Source of the DNA: the human T2T-CHM13v2.0 reference genome, Homo sapiens
Assembly: GCF_009914755.1 (NCBI RefSeq)
Contig: NC_060939.1
Direction: 5' to 3' (one strand)
DNA: 64,000 nt
Shown here: piece by piece, positions 28,901-44,000 of the stretch
Layout: every line of letters begins with the position of its first letter
Numbering within the stretch: position 1 is the stretch's first letter
The notes under the pieces: model-generated
What the model was told of the DNA's origin: nothing
The model's database searches: none
The model's input: the letters and a program-made list of their open reading frames with translations, nothing else
Position numbers and translations under genes: made by a program

Positions 28901-31900
28901 TTGTTCCAGTCCATTCCTTTCGCGTCCATTCCATTCCATTTCACTCCATTCGATTCCATTCCACTCGATTCCACTTCGTTCCATTTCATTGCATTCCATT
29001 CTATTCAACTCTATTGCCTTCCATTCCATTCCATTCGATTACATTCCATGCGATTCCATTCGAAATTGAATCAATTACATTGCAATCCAGTACTATTGAG
29101 TCCATTTCATTCCAGTCCACTGCATTCTGGTCCATTCCATTTGATTCCATTCCATTCTATTCCATTCCATACAGTTGCATTCCATTGGATTCCATTCTAT
29201 ATCTATAAATTCAATTCGAGACCATTGCTTTTGAGTCCATTCTACATGAATCCATTCCATTCAAGTCCATTACATTTGGTTCAATTCCATTCCGTTCCAT
29301 TCCCTTCCATTCCATTCCAGTTGATATCAATCCATTCGATTCCATTCCACTCGAGCACATTCCATTCGAGTCCATTCCATTCGATGCCATTCCATTTGGT
29401 TCTATTCCATTAGTCTCCATTCAATTCCATTAATCTCCATTCCATTCCATTCTACTCCAACTGATTCCATTCCATTCTATTCCTTTCCATTCCATTTCAT
29501 TCCATTCCATTCCATTTCATTCCATTCCATTCCATTCCATTCCATTCGCTTCCATTCCATTCGTGTCCATTCCATTCCAGTCCATTCCATTTGTGTCCAC
29601 TGCATTCCATTCCACTCCATTCCATATTATTCCATTACACTCCATTCCATTCTATTACTTTCATTTCCATTCAATTCCATTCCATTTGATTCCATTCCAC
29701 TCGGTTTCATTCCATTTGAGTCCACTCCATTCCATTCCATTCCATTCCATTCCATTCAGTTCCATTCCATTCTGTTCCATTCCATTCCGTTCCAATGCAT
29801 TCCATTCCATTCGGTACCATTCCATATTGTTCCATTCGATTCCATTCGAATCCATTCCATTCCAGTCCATTCCATTTGATTCCATTACATTCCTTTCAAT
29901 TCCATTCCATTCCATTCCATTCCACTTGATTCCACTCCATTCCCTTCCACTGCATTCCATTCGATTCCATTCCATTGCATTGCATTCCATTCCATTGGAC
30001 TGCATTCCATTCGATTCCATTCCATTCGAATCAATTACATAGCAATCCATTACATTCGAGTCTATTCTATTCCGTTCCATTCGATTTCGTTCCAATCCAT
30101 TCGATTCCATTCCATTCGATTCCATTCCATACTATTGCATTCCATTCGATTACATTATATTCGAATAAGTTCCATTCAAGACCATTTCTTTTGAGTCCAT
30201 TCTATTTGAGTCCATTCCCTTTGATTCCATAACATTTGAGTCCATTCAATTCCATTCCTTTCGTTTCCATTCCATTTGATGCCATTCCATTCAATTCTGT
30301 TCTACTCGACTCCAATACATTCAATTCCATTCCATCCGATTCCATTACATTCTTTTCATTTCTTATCCATTTCAAGCCATTCCACTCCATTCCATTCCAC
30401 TCGTTTCCTTTCCATTCGAGTCCATTCCTCTCCAGTCCATTCCGTTCAATCCATTCCATTCCAGTCCATTCCATTCGAGTCCGTTCCATTCCAGTCCATT
30501 CCATTCGAGTCAATTCCATCCCATTCGATGTTTTCCATAACGATCCATTCCATTCTATTCCTTTCGATTCCATTCCATTCTATTTCATTGCATTCGATTC
30601 CCTTCCATTGGACTCCTTTCAATTCGAGTGCATTCCATTCCGTTCCATTTCTTTCCGTTCTGTACGATTCCTACCGTTCGATTTCATTTTGTTCCAGTCC
30701 ATTCCTTTCGCGTCCATTCCATTCCATTTCACTCCATTCGATTCCATTCCACTCGATTCCACTTCGTTCCATTTCATTGCATTCCATTCTATTCAACTCT
30801 ATTGCCTTCCATTCCATTCCATTCGATTACATTCCATGCCATTCCATTCGAAATCGAATCAATTACATTGCAATCCATTACTATTGAGTCCGTTTTATTC
30901 CAGTCCACTGCATTCTGGTCCATTCCATTTGATTCCATTCCATTCTATTCCATTCCATACAGTTGCATTCCATTGGATTCCATGCTATATCTATAAATTC
31001 AATACGAGACCATTGCTTTTGAGTCCATTCTATATGATTCCATTCCATTCAAGTCCATTACATTTGGTTCAATTCCATTCCATTCCATTCCCTTCCATTC
31101 CATTCCATTTGATATCAATCCATTCGATTCCATTCCATTCGAGCACATTCCATTCGAGTCCATTCCATTCGATGCCATTCCATTTGATTCTATTCCATTA
31201 GTCTCCATTCATTTCCATTAATCTCCATTCCATTCCATTTTACTCCAACTGATTCCATTCCATTCTATTCCTTTCCATTCCATTTCATTCCATTCCATTC
31301 CATTCCATTCCATTCCATTCCATTCCATTCGTGTCCATTCCACTCCAGTCCATTCCATTCGTGTCCATTCCATTCCAGTCCATTCCATTTGTGTCCACTG
31401 CATTCCATTCCACTCCATTCCATATTATTCCATTACACTCCATTCCATTCTATCACTTTCATTTCCATTCAATTCCATTCCATTTGATTCCATTCCACTC
31501 GGTTTCATTCCATTTGAGTCCACTCCATTCCATTCCATTCCATTCCATTCAGTTCCATTCCATTCTGTTCCATTCCATTCCGTTCCATTACATTCCATTC
31601 CATTCGGTACCATTCCATATTGTTCCATTCGATTCCATTCGAATCCATTCCATTCCAGTCCATTCCATTCGATTCCATTCCATTCATTTCAATTCCATTC
31701 CATTCCATTCCATTACATTCCACTTGATTCCTCTCCATTCCCTTCCACTGCATTCCGTTCGATTCCATTCCATTGCATTGCATTCCATTCCATTGGATTG
31801 CATTCCATTCGATTCCATTCCATTCGAATCAATTACATAGCAATCCATTACATTCGAGTCTATTCTATTCCGTTCCATTCGATTTCGTTCCAATCCATTC

Positions 31901-34900
31901 GATTCCATTCCATTCGATTCCATTCCATACTCTTGCATTCCATTCGATTACATTATATTCGAATAAGTTCCATTCAAGACCATTTCTTTTGAGTCCATTC
32001 TATTTGAGTCCATTCCCTTTGATTCCATAACATTTGAGTCCATTCAATTCCATTCCTTTCGTTTCCATTCCATTTGATGCCATTCCATTCAATTCTGTTC
32101 TACTCGACTCCAATACACTCAATTCCATTCCATCCGATTCCATTACATTCTTTTCATTTCTTATCCATTTCAAGCCATTCCACTCCATTCCATTCCACTC
32201 GTTTCCATTCCATTCGAGTCCATTCCTCTCCAGTCCATTCCGTTCAATCCATTCCATTCCAGTCCATTCCATTCGAGTCCGTTCCATTCCAGTCCATTCC
32301 ATTCGAGTCAATTCCATTCCATTCGATGTCTTTCCATAACGATCCATTCCATTCTATTCCTTTCGATTCCATTCCATTCTATTTCATTCCATTCGATTCC
32401 CTTCCATTGGACTCCTTTCCATTCGAGTGCATTCCATTCCTTTCCATTTCTTTCCGTTCTGTACGATTCCTACCGTTCGATTTCATTTTCTTCCAGTCCA
32501 TTCCTTTCGCGTCCATTCCATTCCATTTCACTCCATTCGATTCCATTCCACTCGATTCCACTTCGTTACATTTCATTGCATTCCATTCTATTCAACTCTA
32601 TTGCCTTCCATTCCATTCCATTCGATTACATTCCATGCGATTCCATTCGAAATCGAATCAATTACATTGCAATCCATTACTATTGAGTCCGTTTTATTCC
32701 AGTCGACTGCATTCTGGTCCATTCCATTTGATTCCATTCCATTCTATTCCATTCCATACAGTTGCATTCCATTGGATTCCATGCTATAACTATAAATTCA
32801 ATTCGAGAACATTGCTTTTGAGTCCATTCTATATGATTCCATTCCATTCAAGTCCATTACATTTGGTTCAATTCCATTCCATTCCATTCCCTTCCATTCC
32901 ATTCCATTTGATATCAATCCATTCGATTCCATGCCATTCGATTCCATTCCATTCGAGCACATTCCATTCGAGTCCATTCCATACGATGCCATTCCATTTG
33001 ATTCTATTCCATTAGTCTCCATTCAATTCCATTAATCTCCATTCCATTCCATTCTACTCCAACTGATTCCATTCCATTCTATTCCTTTCCATTCCATTTC
33101 ATTCCATTCCATTCCATTTCATTCCATTCCATTCCATTCGTGTCCATTCCACTCCAGTCCATTCCATTCGTATCCATTCCATTCCAGTCCATTCCATTTG
33201 TGTCCACTGCATTCCATTCCACTCCATTCCATATTATTCCATTACACTCCATTCCATTCTATTACTTTCATTTCCATTCAATTCCATTCCATTTGATTCC
33301 ATTCCACTCGGTTTCATTCCATTTGAGTCCACTCCATTCCATTCCATTCCATTCCATTCAGTTCCATTCCATTCTGTTCCATTCCATTCCGTTCCATTAC
33401 ATTCCATTCCATTCGGTACCATTCCATATTGTTCCATTCGATTCCATTCGAATCCATTCCATTCCAGTCCATTCCATTCGATTCCATTCCATTCATTTCA
33501 ATTCCATTCCATTCCATTCCATTACATTCCACTTGATTCCTCTCCATTCCCTTCCACTGCATTCCGTTCGATTCCATTCCATTGCATTGCATTCCATTCC
33601 ATTGGATTGCATTCCATTCGATTCCATTCCATTCGAATCAATTACATAGCAATCCATTACATTCGAGTCTATTCTATTCCGTTCAATTCGATTTCGTTCC
33701 ACTCCATTCGATTCCATTCCATTCGATTCCATTCCATACTATTGCATTCCATTCGATTACATTATATTCGAATAAGTTCCATTCAAGACCATTTCTTTTG
33801 AGTCCATTCTATTTGAGTCCATTCCCTTTGATTCCATAACATTTGAGTCCATTCAATTCCATTCCTTTCGTTTCCATTCCATTTGATGCCATTCCATTCA
33901 ATTCTGTTCTACTCGACTCCAATACATTCAATTCCATTCCATCCGATTCCATTACATTCTTTTCATTTCTTATCCATTTCAAGCCATTCCACTCCATTCC
34001 ATTCCACTCGTTTCCTTTCCATTCGAGTCCATTCCTCTCCAGTCCATTCCGTTCAATCCATTCCATTCCAGTCCATTCCATTCGAGTCCGTTCCATTCCA
34101 GTCCATTCCATTCGAGTCAATTCCATTCCATTCGATGTCTTTCCATAACGATCCATTCCATTCTATTCCTTTCGATTCCATTCCATTCTATTTCATTCCA
34201 TTCGATTCCCTTCCATTGGACTCCTTTCCATTCGAGTGCATTCCATTCCGTTCCATTTCTTTCCGTTCTGTACGATTCCTACCGTTCGATTTCATTTTGT
34301 TCCAGTCCATTCCTTTCGCGTCCATTCCATTCCATTTCACTCCATTCGATTCCATTCCACTCGATTCCACTTCGTTCCATTTCATTGCATTCCATTCTAT
34401 TCAACTCTATTGCCTTCCATTCCATTCCATTCGATTACATTCCATGCGATTCCATTCGAAATCGAATCAATTACATTGCAATCCATAACTATTGAGTCCA
34501 TTTTATTCCAGTCCACTGCATTCTGGTCCATTCCATTTGATTCCATTCCATTCTATTCCATTCCATACAGTTGCATTCCATTGGATTAAATTCTATATCT
34601 ATAAATTCAATTCGAGACCATTGCTTTTGAGTCCATTCTATATGATTCCATTCCATTCAAGTCCATTACATTTGGTTCAATTCCATTCCATTCCATTCCC
34701 TTCCATTCCATTCCAGTTGATATCAATCCATTCGATTCCATTCCATTCGAGCACATTCCATTCGAGTCCATTCCATTCGATGCCATTCCATTTGGTTCTA
34801 TTCCATTAGTCTCCATTCAATTCCATTAATCTCCATTCCATTCCATTCTACTCCAACTGATTCCATTCCATTCTATTCCTTTCCATTCCATTTCATTCCA

Positions 34901-37414
34901 TTCCATTCCATTTCATTCCATTCCATTCCATTCCATTCCATTCGCTTCCATTCCATTCGTGTCCATTCCATTCCAGTCCATTCCATTTGTGTCCACTGCA
35001 TTCCATTCCACTCCATTCCATATTATTCCATTACACTCCATTCCATTCTATTACTTTCATTTCCATTCAATTCCATTCCATTTGATTCCATTCCACTCGG
35101 TTTCATTCCATTTGAGTCCACTCCATTCCATTCCATTCCATTCCATTCAGTTCCATTCCATTCTGTTCCATTCCATTCCGTTCCATTACATTCCATTCCA
35201 TTCGGTACCATTCCATATTGTTCCATTCGATTCCATTCGAATCCATTCCATTCCAGTCCATTCCATTCGATTCCATTCCATTCATTTCAATTCCATTCCA
35301 TTCCATTCCATTACATTCCACTTGATTCCTCTCCATTCCCTTCCACTGCATTCCGTTCGATTCCATTCCATTGCATTGCATTCCATTCCATTGGATTGCA
35401 TTCCATTCGATTCCATTCCATTCGAATCAATTACATAGCAATCCATTACATTCGAGTCTATTCTCTTCCGTTCCATTCGATTTCGTTCCAATCCATTCGA
35501 TTCCATTCCATTCGATTCCATTCCACACTATTGCATTCCATTCGATTACATTATATTCGAATAAGTTCCATTCAAGACCATTTCTTTTGAGTCCATTCTA
35601 TTTGAGTCCATTCCCTTTGATTCCATAACATTTGAGTCCATTCAATTCCATTCCTTTCGTTTCCATTCCATTTGATGCCATTCCATTCAATTCTGTTCTA
35701 CTCGACTCCAATACATTCAATTCCATTCCATCCGATTCCATTACATTCTTTTCATTTCTTATCCATTTCAAGCCATTCCACTCCATTCCATTCCACTCGT
35801 TTCCTTTCCATTCGAGTCCATTCCTCTCCAGTCCATTCCGTTCAATCCATTCCATTCCAGTCCATTCCATTCGAGTCCGTTCCATTCCAGTCCATTCCAT
35901 TCGAGTCAATTCCATTCCATTCGATGTCTTTCCATAACGATCCATTCCATTCTATTCCTTTCGATTCCATTCCATTCTATTTCATTCCATTCGATTCCCT
36001 TCCATTGGACTCCTTTCCATTCGAGTGCATTCCATTCCATTCCATTACTTTCCGTTCTGTACGATTCCTACCGTTCGATTTCATTTTGTTCCAGTCCATT
36101 CTTTCGCGTCCATTCCATTCCATTTCACTCCATTCGATTCCATTCCACTCGATTCCACTTCGTTCCATTTCATTGCATTCCATTCTATTCAACTCTATTG
36201 CCTTCCATTCCATTCCATTCGATTACATTCCATGCGATTCCATTCGAAATCGAATCAATTACATTGCAATCCATTACTATTGAGTCCGTTTTATTCCAGT
36301 CCACTGCATTCTGGTCCATTCCATTTGATTCCATTCCATTCTATTCCATTCCATACAGTTGCATTCCATTGGATTCCATGCTATATCTATAAATTCAATT
36401 CGAGACCATTGCTTTTGAGTCCATTCTATATGATTCCATTCCATTCAAGTCCATTACATTTGGTTAAATTCCATTCCATTCGGTTCAATTCCATTCCATT
36501 CCATTCCCTTCCATTCCATTCCAGTTGATATCAATCCATTCGATTCCATTCCATTCGAGCACATTCCATTCGAGTCCATTCCATTCGATGCCATTCCATT
36601 TGATTCTATTCCATTAGTCTCCATTCACTTCCATTAATCTCCATTCCATTCCATTCTACTCCAACTGATTCCATTCCATTCTATTCCTTTCCATTCCATT
36701 TCATTCCATTCCATTCCATTTCATTCCATTCCATTCCATTCCATTCCATTCCATTTGCTTCCATTCCATTCGTGTCCATTGCATTCCAGTCCATTCCATT
36801 TGTGTCCACTGCATTCCATTCCACTCCATTCCATATTATTCCATTACACTCCATTCCATTCTATTACTTTCATTTCCATTCAATTCCATTCCATTTGATT
36901 CCATTCCACTCGGTTTCATTCCATTTGAGTCCACTCCATTCCATTCCATTCAGTTCCATTCCATTCTGTTCCATTCCATTCCGTTCCATTGCATTCCATT
37001 CCATTCGGTACCATTCCATATTGTTCCATTCGATTCCATTCGAATCCATTCCATTCCAGTCCATTCCATTCGATTCCATTCCATTCCTTTCAATTCCATT
37101 CCATTCCATTCCATTCCACTTGATTCCACTCCATTCCCTTCCACTGCATTCCATTGCATTGCATTCCATTCCATTGGACTGCATTCCATTCGATTCCATT
37201 CCATTCGAATCAATTACATAGCAATCCATTACATTCGAGTCTATTCTATTCCGTTCCATTCGATTTCGTTCCAATCCATTCGATTCCATTCCATTCGATT
37301 CCATTCCATACTATTGCATTCCATTCTATTACATTATATTCGAATAAGTTCCATTCCAGACCATTTCTTTTGAGTCCATTCTATTTGAGTCCATTCCCTT
37401 TGATTCCATAACAT

Positions 37415-40400
37415 TTGAGTCCATTCAATTCCATTCCTTTCGTTTCCATTCCATTTGATGCCATTCCATTCAATTCTGTTCTACTCGACTCCAATACATT
37501 CAATTCCATTCCATCCGATTCCATTACATTCTTTTAATTTCTTATCCATTTCAAGCCATTCCACTCCATTCCACTCCACTCGTTTCCTTTCCATTCGAGT
37601 CCATTCCTCTCCAGTCCATTCCGTTCAATCCATTCCATTCCAGTCCATTCCATTCGAGTCCGTTCCATTCCAGTCCATTCCATTCGAGTCAATTCCATTC
37701 CATTCGATGTCTTTCCATAACGATCCATTCCATTCTATTCCTTTCGATTCCATTCCATTCTATTTCATTCCATTCGATTCCCTTCCATTGGACTCCTTTC
37801 CATTCGAGTGCATTCCATTCCGTTCCATTTCTTCCCGTTCTGTACGATTCCTACCGTTCGATTTCATTTTGTTCCAGTCCATTCTTTCGCGTCCATTCCA
37901 TTCCATTTCACTCCATTCGATTCCATTCCACTCGATTCCACTTCGTTCCATTTCATTGCATTCCATTCTATTCAACTCTATTGCCTTCCATTCCATTCCA
38001 TTCGATTACATTCCATGCGATTCCATTCGAAATCGAATCAATTACATTGCAATCCATTACTATTGAGTCCGTTTTATTCCAGTCCACTGCATTCTGGTCC
38101 ATTCCATTTGATTCCATTCCATTCTATTCCATTCCATACAGTTGCATTCCATTGGATTCCATGCTATATCTATAAATTCAATTCGAGACCATTGCTTTTG
38201 AGTCCATTCTATATGATTCCATTCCATTCAAGTCCATTACATTTGGTTAAATTCCATTCCATTAGGGTCAATTCCATTCCATTCCATTCCCTTCCATTCC
38301 ATTCCAGTTCATATCAATCCATTCGATTCCATTCCATTCGAGCACATTCCATTCGAGTCCATTCCATTCGATGCCATTCCATTTGATTCTATTCCATTAG
38401 TCTCCATTCAATTCCATTAATCTCCATTCCATTCCATTCTACTCCAACTGATTCCATTCCATTCTATTCCTTTCCATTCCATTTCATTCCATTCCATTCC
38501 ATTCCGTTCCATTCCATTCGTGTCCATTCCACTCCAGTCCATTCCATTCGTATCCATTCCATTCCAGTCCATTCCATTTGTGTCCACTGCATTCCATTCC
38601 ACTCCATTCCATATTATTCCATTACACTCCATTCCATTCTATTACTTTCATTTCCATTCAATTCCATTCCATTTGATTCCATTCCACTCGGTTTCATTCC
38701 ATTTGAGTCCACTCCATTCCATTCCATTCCATTCAGTTCCATTCCATTCTGTTCCATTCCATTCCGTTCCGTTACATTCCATTCCATTCGGTACCATTCC
38801 ATATTGTTCCATTCGATTCCATTCGAATCCATTCCATTCCAGTCCATTCCATTCGATTCCATTCCATTCATTTCAATTCCATTCCATTCCATTCCATTAC
38901 ATTCCACTTGATTCCTCTCCATTCCCTTCCACTGCATTCCGTTCGATTCCATTCCATTGCATTGCATTCCATTCCATTGGATTGCATTCCATTCGATTCC
39001 ATTCCATTCGAATCAATTACATAGCAATCCATTACATTCGAGTCTATTCTATTCCGTTCCATTCGATTTCGTTCCAATCCATTCGATTCCATTCCATTCG
39101 ATTCCATTCCATACTATTGCATTCCATTCGATTACATTATATTCGAATAAGTTCCATTCAAGACCATTTCTTTTGAGTCCATTCTATTTGAGTCCATTCC
39201 CTTTGATTCCATAACATTTGAGTCCATTCAATTCCATTCCTTTCGTTTCCATTCCATTTGATGCCATTCCATTCAATTCTGTTCTACTCGACTCCAATAC
39301 ATTCAATTCCATTCCATCCGATTCCATTACATTCTTTTCATTTCTTATCCATTTCAAGCCATTCCACTCCATTCCACTCCACTCGTTTCCTTTCCATTCG
39401 AGTCCATTCCTCTCCAGTCCATTCCGTTCAATCCATTCCATTCCAGTCCATTCCATTCGAGTCCGTTCCATTCCAGTCCATTCCATTCGAGTCAATTCCA
39501 TTCCATTCGATGTCTTTCCATAACGATCCATTCCATTCTATTCCTTTCGATTCCATTCCATTCTATTTCATTCCATTCGATTCCCTTCCATTGGACTCCT
39601 TTCCATTCGAGTGCATTCCATTCCGTTCCATTTCTTCCCGTTCTGTACGATTCCTACCGTTCGATTTCATTTTGTTCCAGTCCATTCTTTCGCGTCCATT
39701 CCATTCCATTTCACTCCATTCGATTCCATTCCACTCGATTCCACTTCGTTCCATTTCATTGCATTCCATTCTATTCAACTCTATTGCCTTCCATTCCATT
39801 CCATTCGATTACATTCCATGCGATTCCATTCGAAATCGAATCAATTACATTGCAATCCATTACTATTGAGTCCGTTTTATTCCAGTCCACTGCATTCTGG
39901 TCCATTCCATTTGATTCCATTCCATTCTATTCCATTCCATACAGTTGCATTCCATTGGATTCCATGCTATATCTATAAATTCAATTCGAGACCATTGCTT
40001 TTGAGTCCATTCTATATGATTCCATTCCATTCAACTCCATTACATTTGGTTAAATTCCATTCCATTAGGGTCAATTCCATTCCATTCCATTCCCTTCCAT
40101 TCCATTCCAGTTCATATCAATCCATTCGATTCCATTCCATTCGAGCACATTCCATTCGAGTCCATTCCATTCGATGCCATTCCATTTGATTCTATTCCAT
40201 TAGTCTCCATTCAATTCCATTAATCTCCATTCCATTCCATTCTACTCCAACTGATTCCATTCCATTCTATTCCTTTCCATTCCATTTCATTCCATTCCAT
40301 TCCATTCCGTTCCATTCCATTCGTGTCCATTCCACTCCAGTCCATTCCATTCGTATCCATTCCATTCCAGTCCATTCCATTTGTGTCCACTGCATTCCAT

Positions 40401-41020
40401 TCCACTCCATTCCATATTATTCCATTACACTCCATTCCATTCTATTACTTTCATTTCCATTCAATTCCATTCCATTTGATTCCATTCCACTCGGTTTCAT
40501 TCCATTTGAGTCCACTCCATTCCATTCCATTCCATTCAGTTCCATTCCATTCTGTTCCATTCCATTCCGTTCCATTACATTCCATTCCATTCGGTACCAT
40601 TCCATATTGTTCCATTCGATTCCATTCGAATCCATTCCATTCCAGTCCATTCCATTCGATTCCATTCCATTCATTTCAATTCCATTCCATTCCATTCCAT
40701 TACATTCCACTTGATTCCTCTCCATTCCCTTCCACTGCATTCCGTTCGATTCCATTCCATTGCATTGCATTCCATTCCATTGGATTGCATTCCATTCGAT
40801 TCCATTCCATTCGAATCAATTACATAGCAATCCATTACATTCGAGTCTATTCTATTCCGTTCCATTCGATTTCGTTCCAATCCATTCGATTCCATTCCAT
40901 TCGATTCCATTCCATACTATTGCATTCCATTCGATTACATTATATTCGAATAAGTTCCATTCAAGACCATTTCTTTTGAGTCCATTCTATTTGAGTCCAT
41001 TCCCTTTGATTCCATAACAT
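37415..41020 (+). repeat. Tandem pair of near-identical 1,803-bp units carrying a 15-bp insertion with TTAGGGTC
   Basis: TTAGGG at 38262 and 40065 (1,803 apart). Both units share CTTCCCGTT, the CCATTCTTTCGCG 1-bp deletion, AGTTCATATC, CCACTCCACTCG and CGTATCC. Confidence 0.85.
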
Positions 41021-44000
41021 TTGAGTCCATTCAATTCCATTCCTTTCGTTTCCATTCCATTTGATGCCATTCCATTCAATTCTGTTCTACTCGACTCCAA
41101 TACATTCAATTCCATTCCATCCGATTCCATTACATTCTTTTCATTTCTTATCCATTTCAAGCCATTCCACTCCATTCCATTCCACTCGTTTCCTTTCCAT
41201 TCGAGTCCATTCCTCTCCAGTCCATTCCGTTCAATCCATTCCATTCCAGTCCATTCCATTCGAGTCCGTTCCATTCCAGTCCATTCCATTCGAGTCAATT
41301 CCATCCCATTCGATGTCTTTCCATAACGATCCATTCCATTCTATTCCTTTCAATTCCATTCCATTCTATTTCATTCCATTCGATTCCCTTCCATTGGACT
41401 CCTTTCCATTCGAGTGCATTCCATTCCGTTCCATTTCTTTCCGTTCTGTACGATTCCTACCGTTCGATTTCATTTTGTTCCAGTCCATTCCTTTCGCGTC
41501 CATTCCATTCCATTTCACTCCATTCGATTCCATTCCACTCGATTCCACTTCGTTCCATTTCATTGCATTCCATTCTATTCAACTCTATTGCCTTCCATTC
41601 CATTCCATTCGATTACATTCCATGCGATTCCATTCGAAATCGAATCAATTACATTGCAATCCATTACTATTGAGTCCGTTTTATTCCAGTCCACTGCATT
41701 CTGGTCCATTCCATTTGATTCCATTCCATTCTATTCCATTCCATACAGTTGCATTCCATTGGATTCCATTCTATATCTATAAATTCAATTCGAGACCATT
41801 GCTTTTGAGTCCATTCTATATGATTCCATTCCATTCAAGTCCATTACATTTGGTTCAATTCCATTCCATTCCATTCCTTTCCATTCCATTCCATTTGATA
41901 TCAATCCATTCGATTCCATTCCATTCGAGCACATTCCATTCGAGTCCATTCCATTCGATGCCATTCCATTTGATTCTATTCCATTAGTCTCCATTCAATT
42001 CCATTAATCTCCATTCCATTCCATTCTACACCAACTGATTCCATTCCATTCTATTCCTTTCCATTCCATTTCATTCCATTCCATTCCATTCCATTCCATT
42101 CCATTCGTGTCCATTCCACTCCAGTCCATTCCATTCGTGTCCATTCCGTTCCAGTCCATTCCATTTGTGTCCACTGCATTCCATTCCACTCCATTCCATA
42201 TTATTCCATTACACTCCATTCCATTCTATTACTTTCATTTCCATTCAATTCCATTCCATTTGATTCCATTCCACTCGGTTTCATTCCATTTGAGTCCACT
42301 CCATTCCATTCCATTCAGTTCCATTCCATTCTGTTCCATTCCATTCCGTTCCATTACATTCCATTCCATTCGGTACCATTCCATATTGTTCCATTCGATT
42401 CCATTCGAATCCATTCCATTCCAGTCCATTCCATTCGATTCCATTCCATTCATTTCAATTCCATTCCATTCCATTACATTACATTCCACTTGATTCCTCT
42501 CCATTCCCTTCCACTGCATTCCGTTCGATTCCATTCCATTGCATTGCATTCCATTCCATTGGATTGCATTCCATTCGATTCCATTCCATTCGAATCAATT
42601 ACATAGCAATCCATTACATTCGAGTCTATTCTATTCCGTTCCATTCGATTTCGTTCCAATCCATTCGATTCCATTCCATTCGGTTCCATTCCATACTATT
42701 GCATTCCATTCGATTACATTATATTCGAATAAGTTCCATTCAAGACCATTTCTTTTGAGTCCATTCTATTTGAGTCCATTCCCTTTGATTCCATAACATT
42801 TGAGTCCATTCAATTCCATTCCTTTCGTTTCCATTCCATTTGATGCCATTCCATTCAATTCTGTTCTACTCGACTCCAATACATTGAATTCCATTCCATC
42901 CGATTCCATTACATTCTTTTCATTTCTTATCCATTTCAAGCCATTCCACTCCATTCCATTCCACTCGTTTCCTTTCCATTCGAGTCCATTCCGTTCAATC
43001 CATTCCATTCCATTCCATTCCATTCGAGTCCGTTCCATTCCAGTCCATTCCATTCGAGTCAACTCCATCCCATTCGATGTCTTTCCATAACGATCCATTC
43101 CATTCTATTCCTTTCAATTCCATTTCATTCTATTTCATTCCATTCGATTCCCTTCCATTGGACTCCTTTCCATTCGAGTGCATTCCATTCCGTTCCATTT
43201 CTTCCCGTTCTGTACGATTCCTACCGTTCGATTTCATTTTGTTCCAGTCCATTCTTTCGCGTCCATTCCATTCCATTTCACTCCATTCGATTCCATTCCA
43301 CTCGATTCCACTTCGTTCCATTTCATTGCATTCCATTCTATTCAACTCTATTGCCTTCCATTCCATTCCATTCGATTACATTCCATGCGATTCCATTCGA
43401 AATCGAATCAATTACATTGCAATCCATTACTATTGAGTCCGTTTTATTCCAGTCCACTGCATTCTGGTCCATTCCATTTGATTCCATTCCATTCTATTCC
43501 ATTCCATACAGTTGCATTCCATTGGATTCCATGCTATATCTATAAATTCAATTCGAGACCATTGCTTTTGAGTCCATTCTATATGATTCCATTCCATTCA
43601 AGTCCATTACATTTGGTTAAATTCCATTCCATTCCATTCCCTTCCATTCCATTCCAGTTGATATCAATCCATTCGATTCCATTCCATTCGAGCACATTCC
43701 ATTTGAGTCCATTCCATTCGATGCCATTCCATTTGATTCTATTCCATTAGTCTCCATTCAATTCCATTAATCTCCATTCCATTCCATTCTACTCCAACTG
43801 ATTCCATTCCATTCTATTCCTTTCCATTCCATTTCATTCCATTCCATTCCATTTCATTCCATTCCATTCCATTCGCTTCCATTCCATTCGTGTCCATTCC
43901 ACTCCAGTCCATTCCATTCGTGTCCATTCCATTCCAGTCCATTCGATTTGTGTCCACTGCATTCCATTCCACTCCATTCCATATTATTCCATTACACTCC

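Noticed and set aside
38262-40070. TTAGGG telomeric hexamers at 38262 and 40065
   Set aside because: These are single copies. They are derivable by two substitutions from TTCGGT in the related insertion at ~36480, so this is not an interstitial telomere.
42886-42891. Additional EcoRI site GAATTC
   Set aside because: It is at a different position in the unit from the A/B markers and appears to be a private C>G substitution. It does not extend the 5-mer super-repeat.
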